NCBI GenBank assembly: GCA_038231135.1
Contig: JBBRLX010000001.1
Coordinates: 203,956-267,955 of the forward strand
DNA from: Candidatus Eiseniibacteriota bacterium
GTDB lineage: Bacteria > Eisenbacteria > RBG-16-71-46
Direction of reading: 5' to 3'
Length of the DNA: 64,000 bases
This document shows, in pieces, positions 36,751 through 46,274 of the stretch (its first letter is position 1; each line of letters begins with the position of its first letter). Under the pieces are notes generated by a model. It saw only the letters and a program-made list of their open reading frames with translations, was not told the origin of the DNA and did no database searches. Made by a program: the position numbers and the translations under genes.

Positions 36751-38433
36751 ATGGCCAAGATCGTCGTCGTCACCGGGGGCGTCGTCAGCTCGCTCGGCAA
36801 GGGCATCGCCGCCGCATCGCTCGGACTGCTGCTCAAGGCGCGGGGGCTGCGGGTCACGCTGCAGAAGCTCGACCCCTACCTCAACATCGACCCGGGCACG
36901 ATGAGCCCGTTCCAGCACGGCGAGGTGTTCGTCACCGACGACGGCGCCGAGACCGATCTCGACCTCGGGCACTACGAGCGGTTCACCGGCGCGTCGGTCA
37001 CCCGCGGCCACAACGTCACGGCCGGCCAGGTGTACGACGCCATCCTGTCGAAGGAGCGCCGCGGCGACTACCTCGGGCGCACGGTGCAGGTGATCCCGCA
37101 CGTGACGGACGAGATCAAGAAGCGCATCACCGGGCTCGCGCTCGCAACCCAGGCCGACGTCCACATCGTCGAGATCGGCGGCACCGTCGGCGACATCGAG
37201 TCGCTGCCGTTCCTCGAGGCGGTGCGCCAGCTCAAGCTGGAACACCGCCGCGATGTGCTGTTCGTCCACGTCACGCTGCTGCCGTACATCAAGGCGGCGG
37301 GCGAGATGAAGACCAAGCCCACCCAGCACAGCGTGAAGGAGTTGCGCGAGATCGGCATCCAGCCCGACGTGCTGCTGTGCCGCAGCGAGCAGCCGCTCAC
37401 CACCGACCTGCGCGAGAAGATCGCGCTGTTCTGCAACGTGCCGACCGAGAACGTGATCGACGCCACCGACGTCGACTCGATCTACGACGTGCCGGTGGTG
37501 TTCCACCAGGGCGGGCTCGACGACGTCGTGGTGCGCGAGCTGGCGATCGACACCGGCGCGCCGGACCTGACCGCGTGGCGCGACTACCTGGACCGCGTGC
37601 ACCACCCGTCGCGCGAGTGCGACGTCGCGGTGGTCGGCAAGTACACGCACGTGCGCGACGCGTACAAGAGCATCATCGAGTCGTTCGTGCACGCGGGCGC
37701 GGTGCACCGGGCCCGCGTGCGGCTGGTGTGGATCGAGGGCGAGGAGATCGAGCAGAAGGGCGCCGCGGAGCTGCTGCGCAACGTCGACGGCGTGGTGGTG
37801 CCCGGCGGGTTCGGCGAACGCGGCATCGAAGGCAAGATCGCCGCGGCGCGCTGGGCGCGCGAGCGCGGCGTGCCGTACCTCGGGCTGTGCCTCGGCATGC
37901 AGGTGGCCACGATCGAGTTCGCGCGCAACGTGGCGGGCTGGTCCGACGCCAACTCCACCGAGTTCGACACCACGTCCGAACACAAGGTGATCGATCTGCT
38001 CGCGGACCAGCAGGGCATCACCGACAAGGGCGGCACCATGCGGCTCGGCGCCTATCGCTGCTCGCTCAAGGAGGGCAGCCTCGCCGCGCGCGCGTACGGC
38101 GCCGCCGAGACCGAGGAGCGTCACCGCCACCGCTACGAGTTCAACAACCGTTACGCCCAGCAACTGCAGTCGCACGGCCTCGTGCTGTCGGGCCGCTGCG
38201 TCGGCCGGGAGCTGATCGAGATCATCGAGCTGCCGGATCATCCGTGGTACCTGGCGGTGCAGTTCCATCCGGAGCTCAAGTCGCGGCCGCACGAGCCGCA
38301 CCCGCTGTTCGTGGACTTCGTGCGCGCGGCGCTCGAGCGCCGCCGCGCCCGGCTCGGGGACAACGCCTACCTCGCGGCCGCGGACGAGCCTGCGGCCGGG
38401 GAGCAGCGCCGGGAGCGGGCGGCCGGCCGGTGA
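36751..38433 (+). CDS. pyrG: CTP synthase
   Basis: TGGVVSSLGKG, DPGTMSP.QHGE, KTKPTQ, GLCLGMQ, QFHPE. Confidence 0.98.
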   Translation: MAKIVVVTGGVVSSLGKGIAAASLGLLLKARGLRVTLQKLDPYLNIDPGTMSPFQHGEVFVTDDGAETDLDLGHYERFTGASVTRGHNVTAGQVYDAILSKERRGDYLGRTVQVIPHVTDEIKKRITGLALATQADVHIVEIGGTVGDIESLPFLEAVRQLKLEHRRDVLFVHVTLLPYIKAAGEMKTKPTQHSVKELREIGIQPDVLLCRSEQPLTTDLREKIALFCNVPTENVIDATDVDSIYDVPVVFHQGGLDDVVVRELAIDTGAPDLTAWRDYLDRVHHPSRECDVAVVGKYTHVRDAYKSIIESFVHAGAVHRARVRLVWIEGEEIEQKGAAELLRNVDGVVVPGGFGERGIEGKIAAARWARERGVPYLGLCLGMQVATIEFARNVAGWSDANSTEFDTTSEHKVIDLLADQQGITDKGGTMRLGAYRCSLKEGSLAARAYGAAETEERHRHRYEFNNRYAQQLQSHGLVLSGRCVGRELIEIIELPDHPWYLAVQFHPELKSRPHEPHPLFVDFVRAALERRRARLGDNAYLAAADEPAAGEQRRERAAGR

Positions 38434-39254
38434 GCCGCACGTTCGACATCGGCGGCGCCCGCGTCGGCGGCGCGCCGCTGCTGGTGATCGCGGGCCCGTG
38501 CGTGGTCGAGAGCGCCGAGCTGTGCCTCGAGGTGGGCCGGGCGATGCAGGACGCGTGCGCCGCGCGCGGCCTGCCCTACGTGTTCAAGGCGTCCTACCGC
38601 AAGGCGAACCGCTCGAGCGGCCGGTCCTTCGCCGGGCTGCCGCTGGACGAGGCGCTGGCGGCGCTGGCGCGCGTGCGCCGCGAGCTGGGCGTGCCGGTGC
38701 TCACCGACGTGCACGAGCCCGGCGAGTGCGAGGCGGCGGCCGCGGTGGCGGACTGTCTCCAGATTCCCGCGTTCCTGTCGCGTCAGACGGCACTGCTCGT
38801 CGCCGCGGCGCGCACCGGCCGGGCGGTGAACGTGAAGAAGGGCCAGTTCCTGGCGCCCGACGACATGCGGCAGGTCGTGGACAAACTGGGAGCGGCGGGC
38901 TGCGAGCGGATCCTGCTCACCGAGCGCGGCACCACGTTCGGCTATCACGACCTGGTCGTCGACATGCGCGGGCTGGTGGTGATGCGCCGCCTCGGCTGGC
39001 CGGTGGTGTACGACGCCACCCACAGCCTGCAGCGCCCCGGGGGTACCGAGACCGGCGGCGACCGCAGCTTCGCCCGGCCGCTCGCGCGCGCGGCGGTGGC
39101 GTGCGGCGTCGACGGCGTGTTCTTCGAGACGCACCCGGACCCCGCGCGCGCGCTGTCGGACGCGGCGACCCAGCTGCCGCTCGCCGAGGCCCCGGAGCTG
39201 CTCGACGAGCTGGTGCGCGTGCGCGACGCCGCGGCGGAGCGCGCCCATGCCTGA
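38430..39254 (+). CDS. kdsA: KDO-8-phosphate synthase
   Basis: IAGPCVVE, KASY.KANRSS, QIPAFL.RQT, NVKKGQF, DATHS. Confidence 0.95.
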   Translation: MSRTFDIGGARVGGAPLLVIAGPCVVESAELCLEVGRAMQDACAARGLPYVFKASYRKANRSSGRSFAGLPLDEALAALARVRRELGVPVLTDVHEPGECEAAAAVADCLQIPAFLSRQTALLVAAARTGRAVNVKKGQFLAPDDMRQVVDKLGAAGCERILLTERGTTFGYHDLVVDMRGLVVMRRLGWPVVYDATHSLQRPGGTETGGDRSFARPLARAAVACGVDGVFFETHPDPARALSDAATQLPLAEAPELLDELVRVRDAAAERAHA

Positions 39255-39915
39255 GCGCCGCCGTGCACCCGCGCGCCGCGGCCCGGCGCCGGTGAAGCGT
39301 GGCGGCCCCGCGTCCCGCGGCGCGCCGGCGGGGCGGGCCAGGCCCGGCGCCCGCGCGGCCGCGACCCGCGCCGCCGTGCCGATCGCGGGGCCGGTGCGGA
39401 TCCTGTTCCTCGACGTGGACGGCACGCTCACCGACGGCACGATCACGTTCGACGGCGCGGGCGACGGCCGCAGCTTCTGGATCCGCGACGGGCTCGCGCT
39501 CAAGTGGGCGCAGGACCTGGGCGTGCTGCCGGTGGTGATCTCGGGCCGCGGCTCGCTCGCGGTCGAGGGCCGCATGCGTGATCTGGGGCTCGAATTCTAC
39601 CTGGGCGTCGCCGACAAGGTCGCGGTCGCGGAGCGCGTGCTGGCGCGCGAGCGCGCGGGCTGGGAGTCGTGCGCGATGGCCGGCGACGACCTGCCCGACG
39701 TGGCCCTGATGCGGCGCGTGGCGTGGCCGATCGCCGTGGGCGACGCCGACCCGGAGGTGAAGCGCGTGGCGAAGACGGTGACGCGCGCGGGCGGCGGCCG
39801 CGGCGCGGTGCGCGAGATCGTGACGAGCATCCTCCAGCACAACGGCACCTGGCAGCAGGTGCTCGACCGCTACCAGGTGCCCGCGGCCCCGCGATCCCGT
39901 CCGAGGTCACGATGA
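39247..39915 (+). CDS. kdsC: KDO-8-phosphate phosphatase
   Basis: LDVDGTLTDG, RDG, ISGR, GDDLPD, GGRGAVRE; start uncertain because of an Arg-rich N-terminal extension. Confidence 0.9.
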   Translation: MPERRRAPARRGPAPVKRGGPASRGAPAGRARPGARAAATRAAVPIAGPVRILFLDVDGTLTDGTITFDGAGDGRSFWIRDGLALKWAQDLGVLPVVISGRGSLAVEGRMRDLGLEFYLGVADKVAVAERVLARERAGWESCAMAGDDLPDVALMRRVAWPIAVGDADPEVKRVAKTVTRAGGGRGAVREIVTSILQHNGTWQQVLDRYQVPAAPRSRPRSR

Positions 39916-40901
39916 CCGCCCCCGCGAACGCGGCCGCGCTGCTCGAGCGGGCGCGCGAGGTGGTGCGGATCGAGGCGGCCGCGGTGGCGGCGCTCGAGGC
40001 CCGCATCGGCGACGAGTTCCTGCGCGCCGTCGATCTGCTCGCGGCGTGCCGGGGCAAGGTCGTGGTGTCGGGCGTCGGCAAGTCCGGACTGCTGGCGCAC
40101 CAGGTCGCGGCGACGCTCACGAGCGTGGGCACGCCGGCGGTGTTCCTGCATCCGACGGACGCCATGCACGGCGACGCCGGGCTGTTCGCGACGGGCGACG
40201 CAGCGCTGTTCCTGTCGAAGAGCGGGGCCAGCGACGAGTTGCTGGCGCTGTTGCCCTACGTCGAGCGTCATGGCATTCCGCTGCTGTCGATCGTGGCGGC
40301 GCCGCAGTCGTCGCTGGCGCGCCGCAGCACGGTGGCGCTGGTCACCGGTCCGCTGCGCGAGGCGTGCCCGATGGACCTGACGCCCACGACCAGCCTCACG
40401 GTCGCCCACGTGGTGACCGACGCGCTGGCCGTGGCGCTGCTCGAGCGGCGGGGCGTGAGCCCCGAGGACTTCCGGTTCCTGCATCCGGGCGGGCTGCTCG
40501 GGCGCGTGGCGTCGCGCCGCGTCGCCGAACGGATGCACGCGGGGGCTGCGCTGCCGGCGGTGCCGCTCGGGGCCACGCTGCGGGAGGTCATGCTCGAGAT
40601 CATGGAGAAGCGGCTGGGGATGGCGGTCGTGCTCGACGCGTCGGGCACGCTCGCCGGGGTGATCAGCGACGGGGACTTCAAGCGCATCCTGATGCGCCAT
40701 CCGGATCCGTGGCACCTGACCGCGGCCGAGGTCATGACGGCGCGGCCGAGCACGATCGATCCCGACACGCACGTCGCGGCAGCGGTTCGGGCGATGGAGG
40801 AGCGGGCGGAGGGTCCGATCACGGCGCTCGTCGTCGTGGACTCCGACGGGCGGCCGCTCGGCATTCTGCATCTTCACGACTGCCTGAGAGCTGGCGTCTA
40901 G
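39912..40901 (+). CDS. kdsD: Arabinose-5-phosphate isomerase (KpsF/GutQ, SIS plus CBS)
   Basis: GVGKSG, GTPA.FLHP..A.HGD, SKSG, EACP..LTPTTS, HPGG.LG, CBS pair. Confidence 0.93.
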   Translation: MTAPANAAALLERAREVVRIEAAAVAALEARIGDEFLRAVDLLAACRGKVVVSGVGKSGLLAHQVAATLTSVGTPAVFLHPTDAMHGDAGLFATGDAALFLSKSGASDELLALLPYVERHGIPLLSIVAAPQSSLARRSTVALVTGPLREACPMDLTPTTSLTVAHVVTDALAVALLERRGVSPEDFRFLHPGGLLGRVASRRVAERMHAGAALPAVPLGATLREVMLEIMEKRLGMAVVLDASGTLAGVISDGDFKRILMRHPDPWHLTAAEVMTARPSTIDPDTHVAAAVRAMEERAEGPITALVVVDSDGRPLGILHLHDCLRAGV

Positions 40902-40946
40902 CAGGCTGCAGAAGACGCTCGATGGCTGCGTTGGCTGGTCGCTTTA

Positions 40947-41229
40947 GCAGCGATGCCCTTCGGGGTGAGGTTCGGAGCAGCGATGCCGTTCGGGGTGAGG
41001 TTCGGAGCAGCGAAGCCGTTCGGGGTGAGATTCCTCCGGCGGGGACGCTCGGCCCCGCCCTCCTGGCGGGGCCTCGCTACTCGCGCAGCGCTCCGTGCAT
41101 CCCTGCACTCCCGCGCTGCGCTCGGTCCCCGCCTCCGGAACCTCACCCCGAACGGCTTCGCGGCACGGGGTTGCGTGTCAAATTCTGGTCCACGCCTGCG
41201 CTCGGTCCACGCCTGCGGAACCCTACCCC
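40947..41229. repeat. REP/MITE-like nested-palindrome element with triplicated 30-bp left end and a degenerate second right end
   Basis: 30-bp units at 40947, 40977 and 41007; 25-bp inverted pair 41010-41034 / 41137-41161 (1 mismatch); internal hairpins. Confidence 0.8.
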
Positions 41230-41481
41230 TCACTCTTAGCCGCCTTGCATTTGGGCCTCTTCAGCAGCTGCGAGTAGCCGGGTTTGGGTGCCCCCGCCGG
41301 CCGGGGCGCACTGCAACGCGCCCGCCATCGCTCGGCCGCTCCGTGAATCCCAATGGGATGTAGGCAGAAGTGCGATTCGTCCACGCCCCGGACGCCGTCC
41401 GGTGGCAGATCCGGGACGGGGGGGACCCGAAGTGGTCGCGGATGACCATTCCGTGGTCAAGATGGCGCTCGAAAATACCGA

Positions 41482-41539
41482 TAAGGTCTTGGAATTGCTG
41501 CGAATTGCTGACTGCACCCAGTTTGGCACACACCGTGCT
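41482..41539 (+). promoter_or_regulatory. Putative sigma54 promoter of the lptC-lptB-rpoN operon
   Basis: TTGGCACACACCGTGCT (GG-N10-GC) at 41523-41539; IHF-like CAA-N4-TTA on the minus strand at 41482-41494. Confidence 0.6.
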
Positions 41540-41614
41540 TGCGGCACGCACGGACCCTTTGTTAGCGTGAGCCAATACACCACGGCTCATCCCTCACGCA
41601 TCCGGAAGTCCATC

Positions 41615-42208
41615 ATGCGACAGCGTCGTTGGAAGTCGATCCTCGTTCGGTCGGGGCTCCTCGCCGTTCTCACGGCGGGTGCCCTCGCGGGCTGCTCGCA
41701 GAAGCGGTCGGTGAGTCCTGCCGCGATGACGGGCGAGCTTCCGGACCAGGAAGTCAGCGACTTCGCGATCACCGAGACCGATGCCGGTCACGTGGACTGG
41801 AAGCTCTATGCCCACGACGCCGCCACCTATAGCGCCCGCGATCTGATCCTGGCGCACCAGGTGCGCATCGATTTCTTCGACGACCAGGCGAAGCAGTCCT
41901 CGGAGCTGGTCGCCGCGAAGGGCGAGATCAACCAGCGCACCCGCAACATGACCGCGCGCGGCAACGTGGTGCTCCAGACCACCGAGGGCACCCGGATGTC
42001 GAGCGACGTGCTGACGTTCCTGAACAAGGAGCAGAAGGTCGTGGTGCCGATCGATCACCTGGTGCGGGTGGAGCGCGGCGGCGACGTGCTCACCGGCTAC
42101 GGCTTCGAGAGCGACCCCAATCTCCGGCACTTCGAATTCAAGCGCCAGGTGCAGGCCACCGTGCGCATCGGGACCGGCGGCCTCATCCAGTCGGGCGGCG
42201 GCAAATGA
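41615..42208 (+). CDS. lptC: LPS export periplasmic protein LptC (lipoprotein-type)
   Basis: LAGC lipobox; beta-jellyroll-like pattern ARGNVV, LTG.GFESD; located between kdsD and lptB. Confidence 0.82.
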   Translation: MRQRRWKSILVRSGLLAVLTAGALAGCSQKRSVSPAAMTGELPDQEVSDFAITETDAGHVDWKLYAHDAATYSARDLILAHQVRIDFFDDQAKQSSELVAAKGEINQRTRNMTARGNVVLQTTEGTRMSSDVLTFLNKEQKVVVPIDHLVRVERGGDVLTGYGFESDPNLRHFEFKRQVQATVRIGTGGLIQSGGGK

Positions 42209-42978
42209 CCGTGAACGCCGAGCCCCGCGAACACGACGCCGCCCCCGGCGTAGCCGGCCGCGAGCTCCGGGCCGAGCACCTGGTGCGCTACTACGGCAAG
42301 TGGCGCGTGGTGAGCGACGTGTCCATCCACGTGCGCCGTGGCGAGGTCGTGGGGCTCCTGGGGCCGAACGGCGCCGGCAAGACCACGACGTTCTACATGA
42401 TCGTCGGACTGCTGCGCCCGTCGCAGGGCACGATCGCGATGGACGGCGAGGACATCACCGACGAGCCCGTGTATCTGAGGGCGCGCCGTGGGCTCGGCTA
42501 TCTGGCCCAGGAGCCGAGCGTGTTCCGCCGGCTGACCGTGCGCGAGAACGTTCTCGCGGTGCTCGAGACCATGAAGATGACCCCGGCGGCGCGCGCGGAC
42601 CGGCTGGCCCAGCTGCTCGACGACCTCAACCTGACCCAACTCGCCGACCGCGTCGCGAGCAAGCTGTCGGGCGGCGAGCGGCGGCGCGTCGAGATCACGC
42701 GCGCGCTGGCGCGCCAGCCGTTCTACATGCTGCTCGACGAGCCGTTCGTCGGCATCGATCCCATCGCCGTTTCCGAGATCCAGGACATCGTGGGCCGCCT
42801 GCGCGACCGGGGTCTCGGCGTGCTCATCACCGATCACAACGTGCGGGAGACGCTCCGCATCACGGATCGGGCCTACATCATGTACGAAGGCAGAATCCTG
42901 CTGCAGGGCACCGCGGAGGAGCTGGCCCGGGATCCGCGTGCCCGGGAGATCTACCTCGGAGAACGCTTCAGCCTCTAG
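42205..42978 (+). CDS. lptB: LPS export ABC ATPase
   Basis: GPNGAGKTTTFYM, GYLAQE.S.FR.L, LSGGERRR.EI, LDEPF.GIDP, ITDHNVRETL. Confidence 0.96.
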   Translation: MTVNAEPREHDAAPGVAGRELRAEHLVRYYGKWRVVSDVSIHVRRGEVVGLLGPNGAGKTTTFYMIVGLLRPSQGTIAMDGEDITDEPVYLRARRGLGYLAQEPSVFRRLTVRENVLAVLETMKMTPAARADRLAQLLDDLNLTQLADRVASKLSGGERRRVEITRALARQPFYMLLDEPFVGIDPIAVSEIQDIVGRLRDRGLGVLITDHNVRETLRITDRAYIMYEGRILLQGTAEELARDPRAREIYLGERFSL

Positions 42979-42994
42979 GAGTCGACGACCCATC

Positions 42995-44428
42995 ATGGAC
43001 ATGAAGCCTTCGCTCAATCTGTCGATGCGCCCGGCGCTGATCATGACGCCGCGGCTGCAGCAGGCCTTGAAGCTCCTGCAGGTGCCGACGCTCGAGCTCC
43101 AGCAGATCCTCAAGCAGGAGATCATGCAGAATCCGCTGCTCGAAGAGGTGGACGAGATCACCGACAACGAGGATCTCGACCGCGAGGACTCGCCGGAGGA
43201 GACCGCGAACGAGGAGGGCGAGACGCCGAGCGAGGAGGATCCGATCGACTGGTCGGACTACATGCAGGACGGACTCGACCGCACCTACGTGCCGCAGAGC
43301 GAGACCAGCATGGAGTTCCTCGAGAAGGTGCCGGTCACCCGCGGCACGCTGGCCGAGAGCCTGATGGAGCAGCTGCACTTCCTGAACCTGCCGCGCGAGC
43401 GCATGGCGGTCGCGGAGTTCCTCGTCGGATCGATCGACGACAGCGGCTGGCTCGCCAGCTCGCTCGACGAGATCTCCGAGGCGATCGGCCGGCCGGTCGA
43501 GGACATCGAGCGCGTGCTGTGCGTGATCCAGGCGCTCGAGCCGGTGGGGGTGGGCGCGCGCAACCTGCGGGAGTGCCTGCTGATCCAGCTCGAGGCGCGC
43601 GGCGAGAAGGACACGCTGCCGTGGAAGATCATCCACGACCACTTCGACCATCTCGTGAACCGGCGGTTCCCCGAGATCGCCCGGCAGCTCAAGTGCACGG
43701 CGGAGGACGTCCAGGCCGCCGCCGACGTGATCGCCACGCTGAATCCGCGCCCCGGCCTGCAGGTGTCGAGCGAGGAGCCCAAGTACGTCACGCCCGACCT
43801 GCTCGTCGACCGCGTGGACGAGGAATACGTGGTGGTGCTCAACGACCGCCACCTGCCGCGCTTGCGTATCTCGTCGGCATACGAGAGCGTGCTGCGCGAG
43901 AAGAAGAAGTCGGAGTCGAACTCGGACGAGCTCAAGACGCGCGAGTACATCCAGGGCAAGCTGAATTCGGCGCGCTGGCTGATCCAGACCATCGAACAGC
44001 GCCGCAAGACGATGATCAAGGTGATGAGCTGCATCATCCGCGAACAGCGCGAGTTCTTCGACAAGGGGATCGCGTTCCTGAGGCCGCTCACGCTGCAGCA
44101 GGTCGCGCGGCAGATCGACATGCACGAGTCGACGGTCAGCCGGGTGTGCAGCGGCAAGTACGTCCAGACGCCGCGCGGCGTGTTCGAGCTCAAGTTCTTC
44201 TTCTCGAGCGGGCTCGAGACCGAGGACGGCGAGGACGTGTCGGCGCGCTCGGCCAAGAACATCATCAAGACGCTCATCGACGAGGAGGAGAAGCGCAGTC
44301 CGCTGTCCGACGACGCAATCGCGAAGAAGCTGCACGAGAAGGGCCTCAAAATCGCCCGCCGCACGGTGGCAAAGTACCGTGAACAGCTCAATATCCTGCC
44401 GGCGCGGTTTCGCCGGCGGGTCGCCTGA
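42995..44428 (+). CDS. rpoN: RNA polymerase sigma-54 factor
   Basis: MTPRLQQA..LLQ, NPLLE, HESTVSR, ARRTVAKYRE RpoN box. Confidence 0.98.
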   Translation: MDMKPSLNLSMRPALIMTPRLQQALKLLQVPTLELQQILKQEIMQNPLLEEVDEITDNEDLDREDSPEETANEEGETPSEEDPIDWSDYMQDGLDRTYVPQSETSMEFLEKVPVTRGTLAESLMEQLHFLNLPRERMAVAEFLVGSIDDSGWLASSLDEISEAIGRPVEDIERVLCVIQALEPVGVGARNLRECLLIQLEARGEKDTLPWKIIHDHFDHLVNRRFPEIARQLKCTAEDVQAAADVIATLNPRPGLQVSSEEPKYVTPDLLVDRVDEEYVVVLNDRHLPRLRISSAYESVLREKKKSESNSDELKTREYIQGKLNSARWLIQTIEQRRKTMIKVMSCIIREQREFFDKGIAFLRPLTLQQVARQIDMHESTVSRVCSGKYVQTPRGVFELKFFFSSGLETEDGEDVSARSAKNIIKTLIDEEEKRSPLSDDAIAKKLHEKGLKIARRTVAKYREQLNILPARFRRRVA

Positions 44429-44493
44429 CCCTGTCGCGAATCGCGGCGGCCGTGCCGTGATTCCGGATCCACACCCTCAGCGGAGGTGGAACG

Positions 44494-44901
44494 ATGCAGA
44501 TCCACACGACGGCACGCCACTGCGAACTCGATCCCGCCGACCGGGCGTTCGCCGAACAGCGGCTCGGGAAGCTCACGCGCTTCGCGCCCGATCTGAGTGA
44601 GGTGCACCTCACCGTCACGGCGGAGAGCTACCGCCATATCGCCGAGATCACGCTCAAGCTCAAGGGCAAGGACGTGGTGAGCCGCGAGACCTCGACCGAG
44701 GCCCGCGCCGCGATCGACCTGGCCTCGGACGCGCTCGAGGAGCAGTTGCGCCGCATCAAGGGCCGCCGCGTCGACCGCTCGCACGGCAAACTGCAGAACG
44801 GCAAGTCGGCTCCGGCCGATGCCCCGGCGGCGGCCGGCCCCAAGGACGGCGCGACCGACGAAGCGATGGACGACGACGGGTTCGACAGCGGGACCGGGTA
44901 G
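44494..44901 (+). CDS. hpf: Ribosome hibernation promoting factor (HPF/RaiA)
   Basis: MQI..TARH, AIDLA.D.LE.QLRR.K; follows rpoN. Confidence 0.88.
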   Translation: MQIHTTARHCELDPADRAFAEQRLGKLTRFAPDLSEVHLTVTAESYRHIAEITLKLKGKDVVSRETSTEARAAIDLASDALEEQLRRIKGRRVDRSHGKLQNGKSAPADAPAAAGPKDGATDEAMDDDGFDSGTG

Positions 44902-44908
44902 GTCCCGC

Positions 44909-45880
44909 GTGCAGACTCTCAGCATCGCGCGGCTGTTCGAAGACCAGCATCAGGAGTTGCAGCTCGAGCAGCTGACCGAGTCGCTGGCGTCACAGCGTGA
45001 GATCACCGTCAGCGACATCCACCGCCCCGGCATGGCGCTCATGGGGTTCGTGGAGAACTTCCTGCCCGAGCGCATCCAGATCATCGCGCAGACCGAGCTC
45101 ACGTATCTCGCGACGCTCAGCGAGTCGGACGTGCACGCGGCCGTGGACCGGCTGTTCCAGTTCACGATGCCGCTGATCGTGGTGTGCAAGGGTCTCGATC
45201 CGCCGCCCTACCTGGTGGTGCGTGCGAACGAGATGCAGGTGCCGGTGCTGCGCACGCCGCAGAGCACGACGCCGTTCATCCACTACCTGACGCTGTACCT
45301 CGATCACATGTTCGCCCCGCACACGACGGTGCACGGGTCGCTGGTCGACGTCTACGGTGTGGGCCTGCTGTTCACGGGCCGCAGCGGCGTCGGCAAGTCG
45401 GAGTGCGCGCTCGACCTCGTGGAGCGCGGGCAGCGGCTGGTGGCGGACGACGTCGTGACCGTCACCCGGCGCCACGGCGACGTGCTGATCGGCACCGGCA
45501 ACCAGCTGTTGCGGCACCACATGGAGATCCGCGGCCTCGGCATCATCGACGTGCAGGCGATCTTCGGCATCCGCGCGATCCGATTGCAGAAGCGCGTGGA
45601 AGTGATGGTGAATCTGCAGGAGTGGTCGAGCGAGAAGGACTACGAGCGGACCGGGCTCGATGAGAAGAAGATCGACGTGCTGGGCGTCCAGATCCCGCTC
45701 GTCGAGGTGCCGATCACGCCCGGCAAGAACATCACGGTGATCGCCGAGGTCATCGCGCTGAACTACCTGGTGAAGGTGACGGGCGGGTATTCTCCGGCGG
45801 AACGCCTGAACCAGCACCTGATGGAACTCATGAAGCGCAAGAGCGCCGCACGCACCTGGGTCCGGGAGGACACCGAGTAG
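44909..45880 (+). CDS. hprK: HPr kinase/phosphorylase
   Basis: RPG..L.GF, HG.LVDVYG.G, G.SG.GKSE, LVADD, MEIRGLGII. Confidence 0.96.
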   Translation: MQTLSIARLFEDQHQELQLEQLTESLASQREITVSDIHRPGMALMGFVENFLPERIQIIAQTELTYLATLSESDVHAAVDRLFQFTMPLIVVCKGLDPPPYLVVRANEMQVPVLRTPQSTTPFIHYLTLYLDHMFAPHTTVHGSLVDVYGVGLLFTGRSGVGKSECALDLVERGQRLVADDVVTVTRRHGDVLIGTGNQLLRHHMEIRGLGIIDVQAIFGIRAIRLQKRVEVMVNLQEWSSEKDYERTGLDEKKIDVLGVQIPLVEVPITPGKNITVIAEVIALNYLVKVTGGYSPAERLNQHLMELMKRKSAARTWVREDTE

Positions 45881-45881
45881 C

Positions 45882-46274
45882 ATGGGCCGCGTACCCGCAC
45901 TGCTCGTCACCCACGCCGATCTGGCGGAGGCGCTGGTGCGCGCCGCCGAGAAGGTGTACGGGCCGGTCGAGGACGTCGAGCGGCTGTCGAACGATGGCCT
46001 GTCGCGGGCCGCGCTCGAACACGAGATCGTGAGCCGCGTGTCGCTATGGCCCGCGGGCGGGCTGGTGCTGATCGATTTCTGGGGCGGTTCGTGCTTCATC
46101 TGCGGCGTGTCGGCGGCGCGCGGCCGCGAGGTGGTGGTGCTCACCGGCATCAACCTGCCGGCGCTGCTCGACTACCTGCACAACCGTGAGGCGCTGGGCG
46201 TGGTCGAGCTCGCCGAGCGGCTGCGCACCAAGGGGCAGGAAAGCTTCCGGCTGCAGCGCGCTCCGGCCGCATGA
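45882..46274 (+). CDS. PTS mannose/fructose family EIIA
   Basis: LVTH (phospho-His), D.WGGS, GINLP.L. Confidence 0.85.
   Translation: MGRVPALLVTHADLAEALVRAAEKVYGPVEDVERLSNDGLSRAALEHEIVSRVSLWPAGGLVLIDFWGGSCFICGVSAARGREVVVLTGINLPALLDYLHNREALGVVELAERLRTKGQESFRLQRAPAA

Noticed and set aside
39247..39390. Arg-rich extensions on KdsC, PanC, HIT and PtsI as a targeting signal
   Set aside because: They are explained by GC bias and uncertain start codons, and share no motif.
40947..41033. 30-bp repeats as a CRISPR array
   Set aside because: The units are head-to-tail with no spacers, and no cas genes are present.
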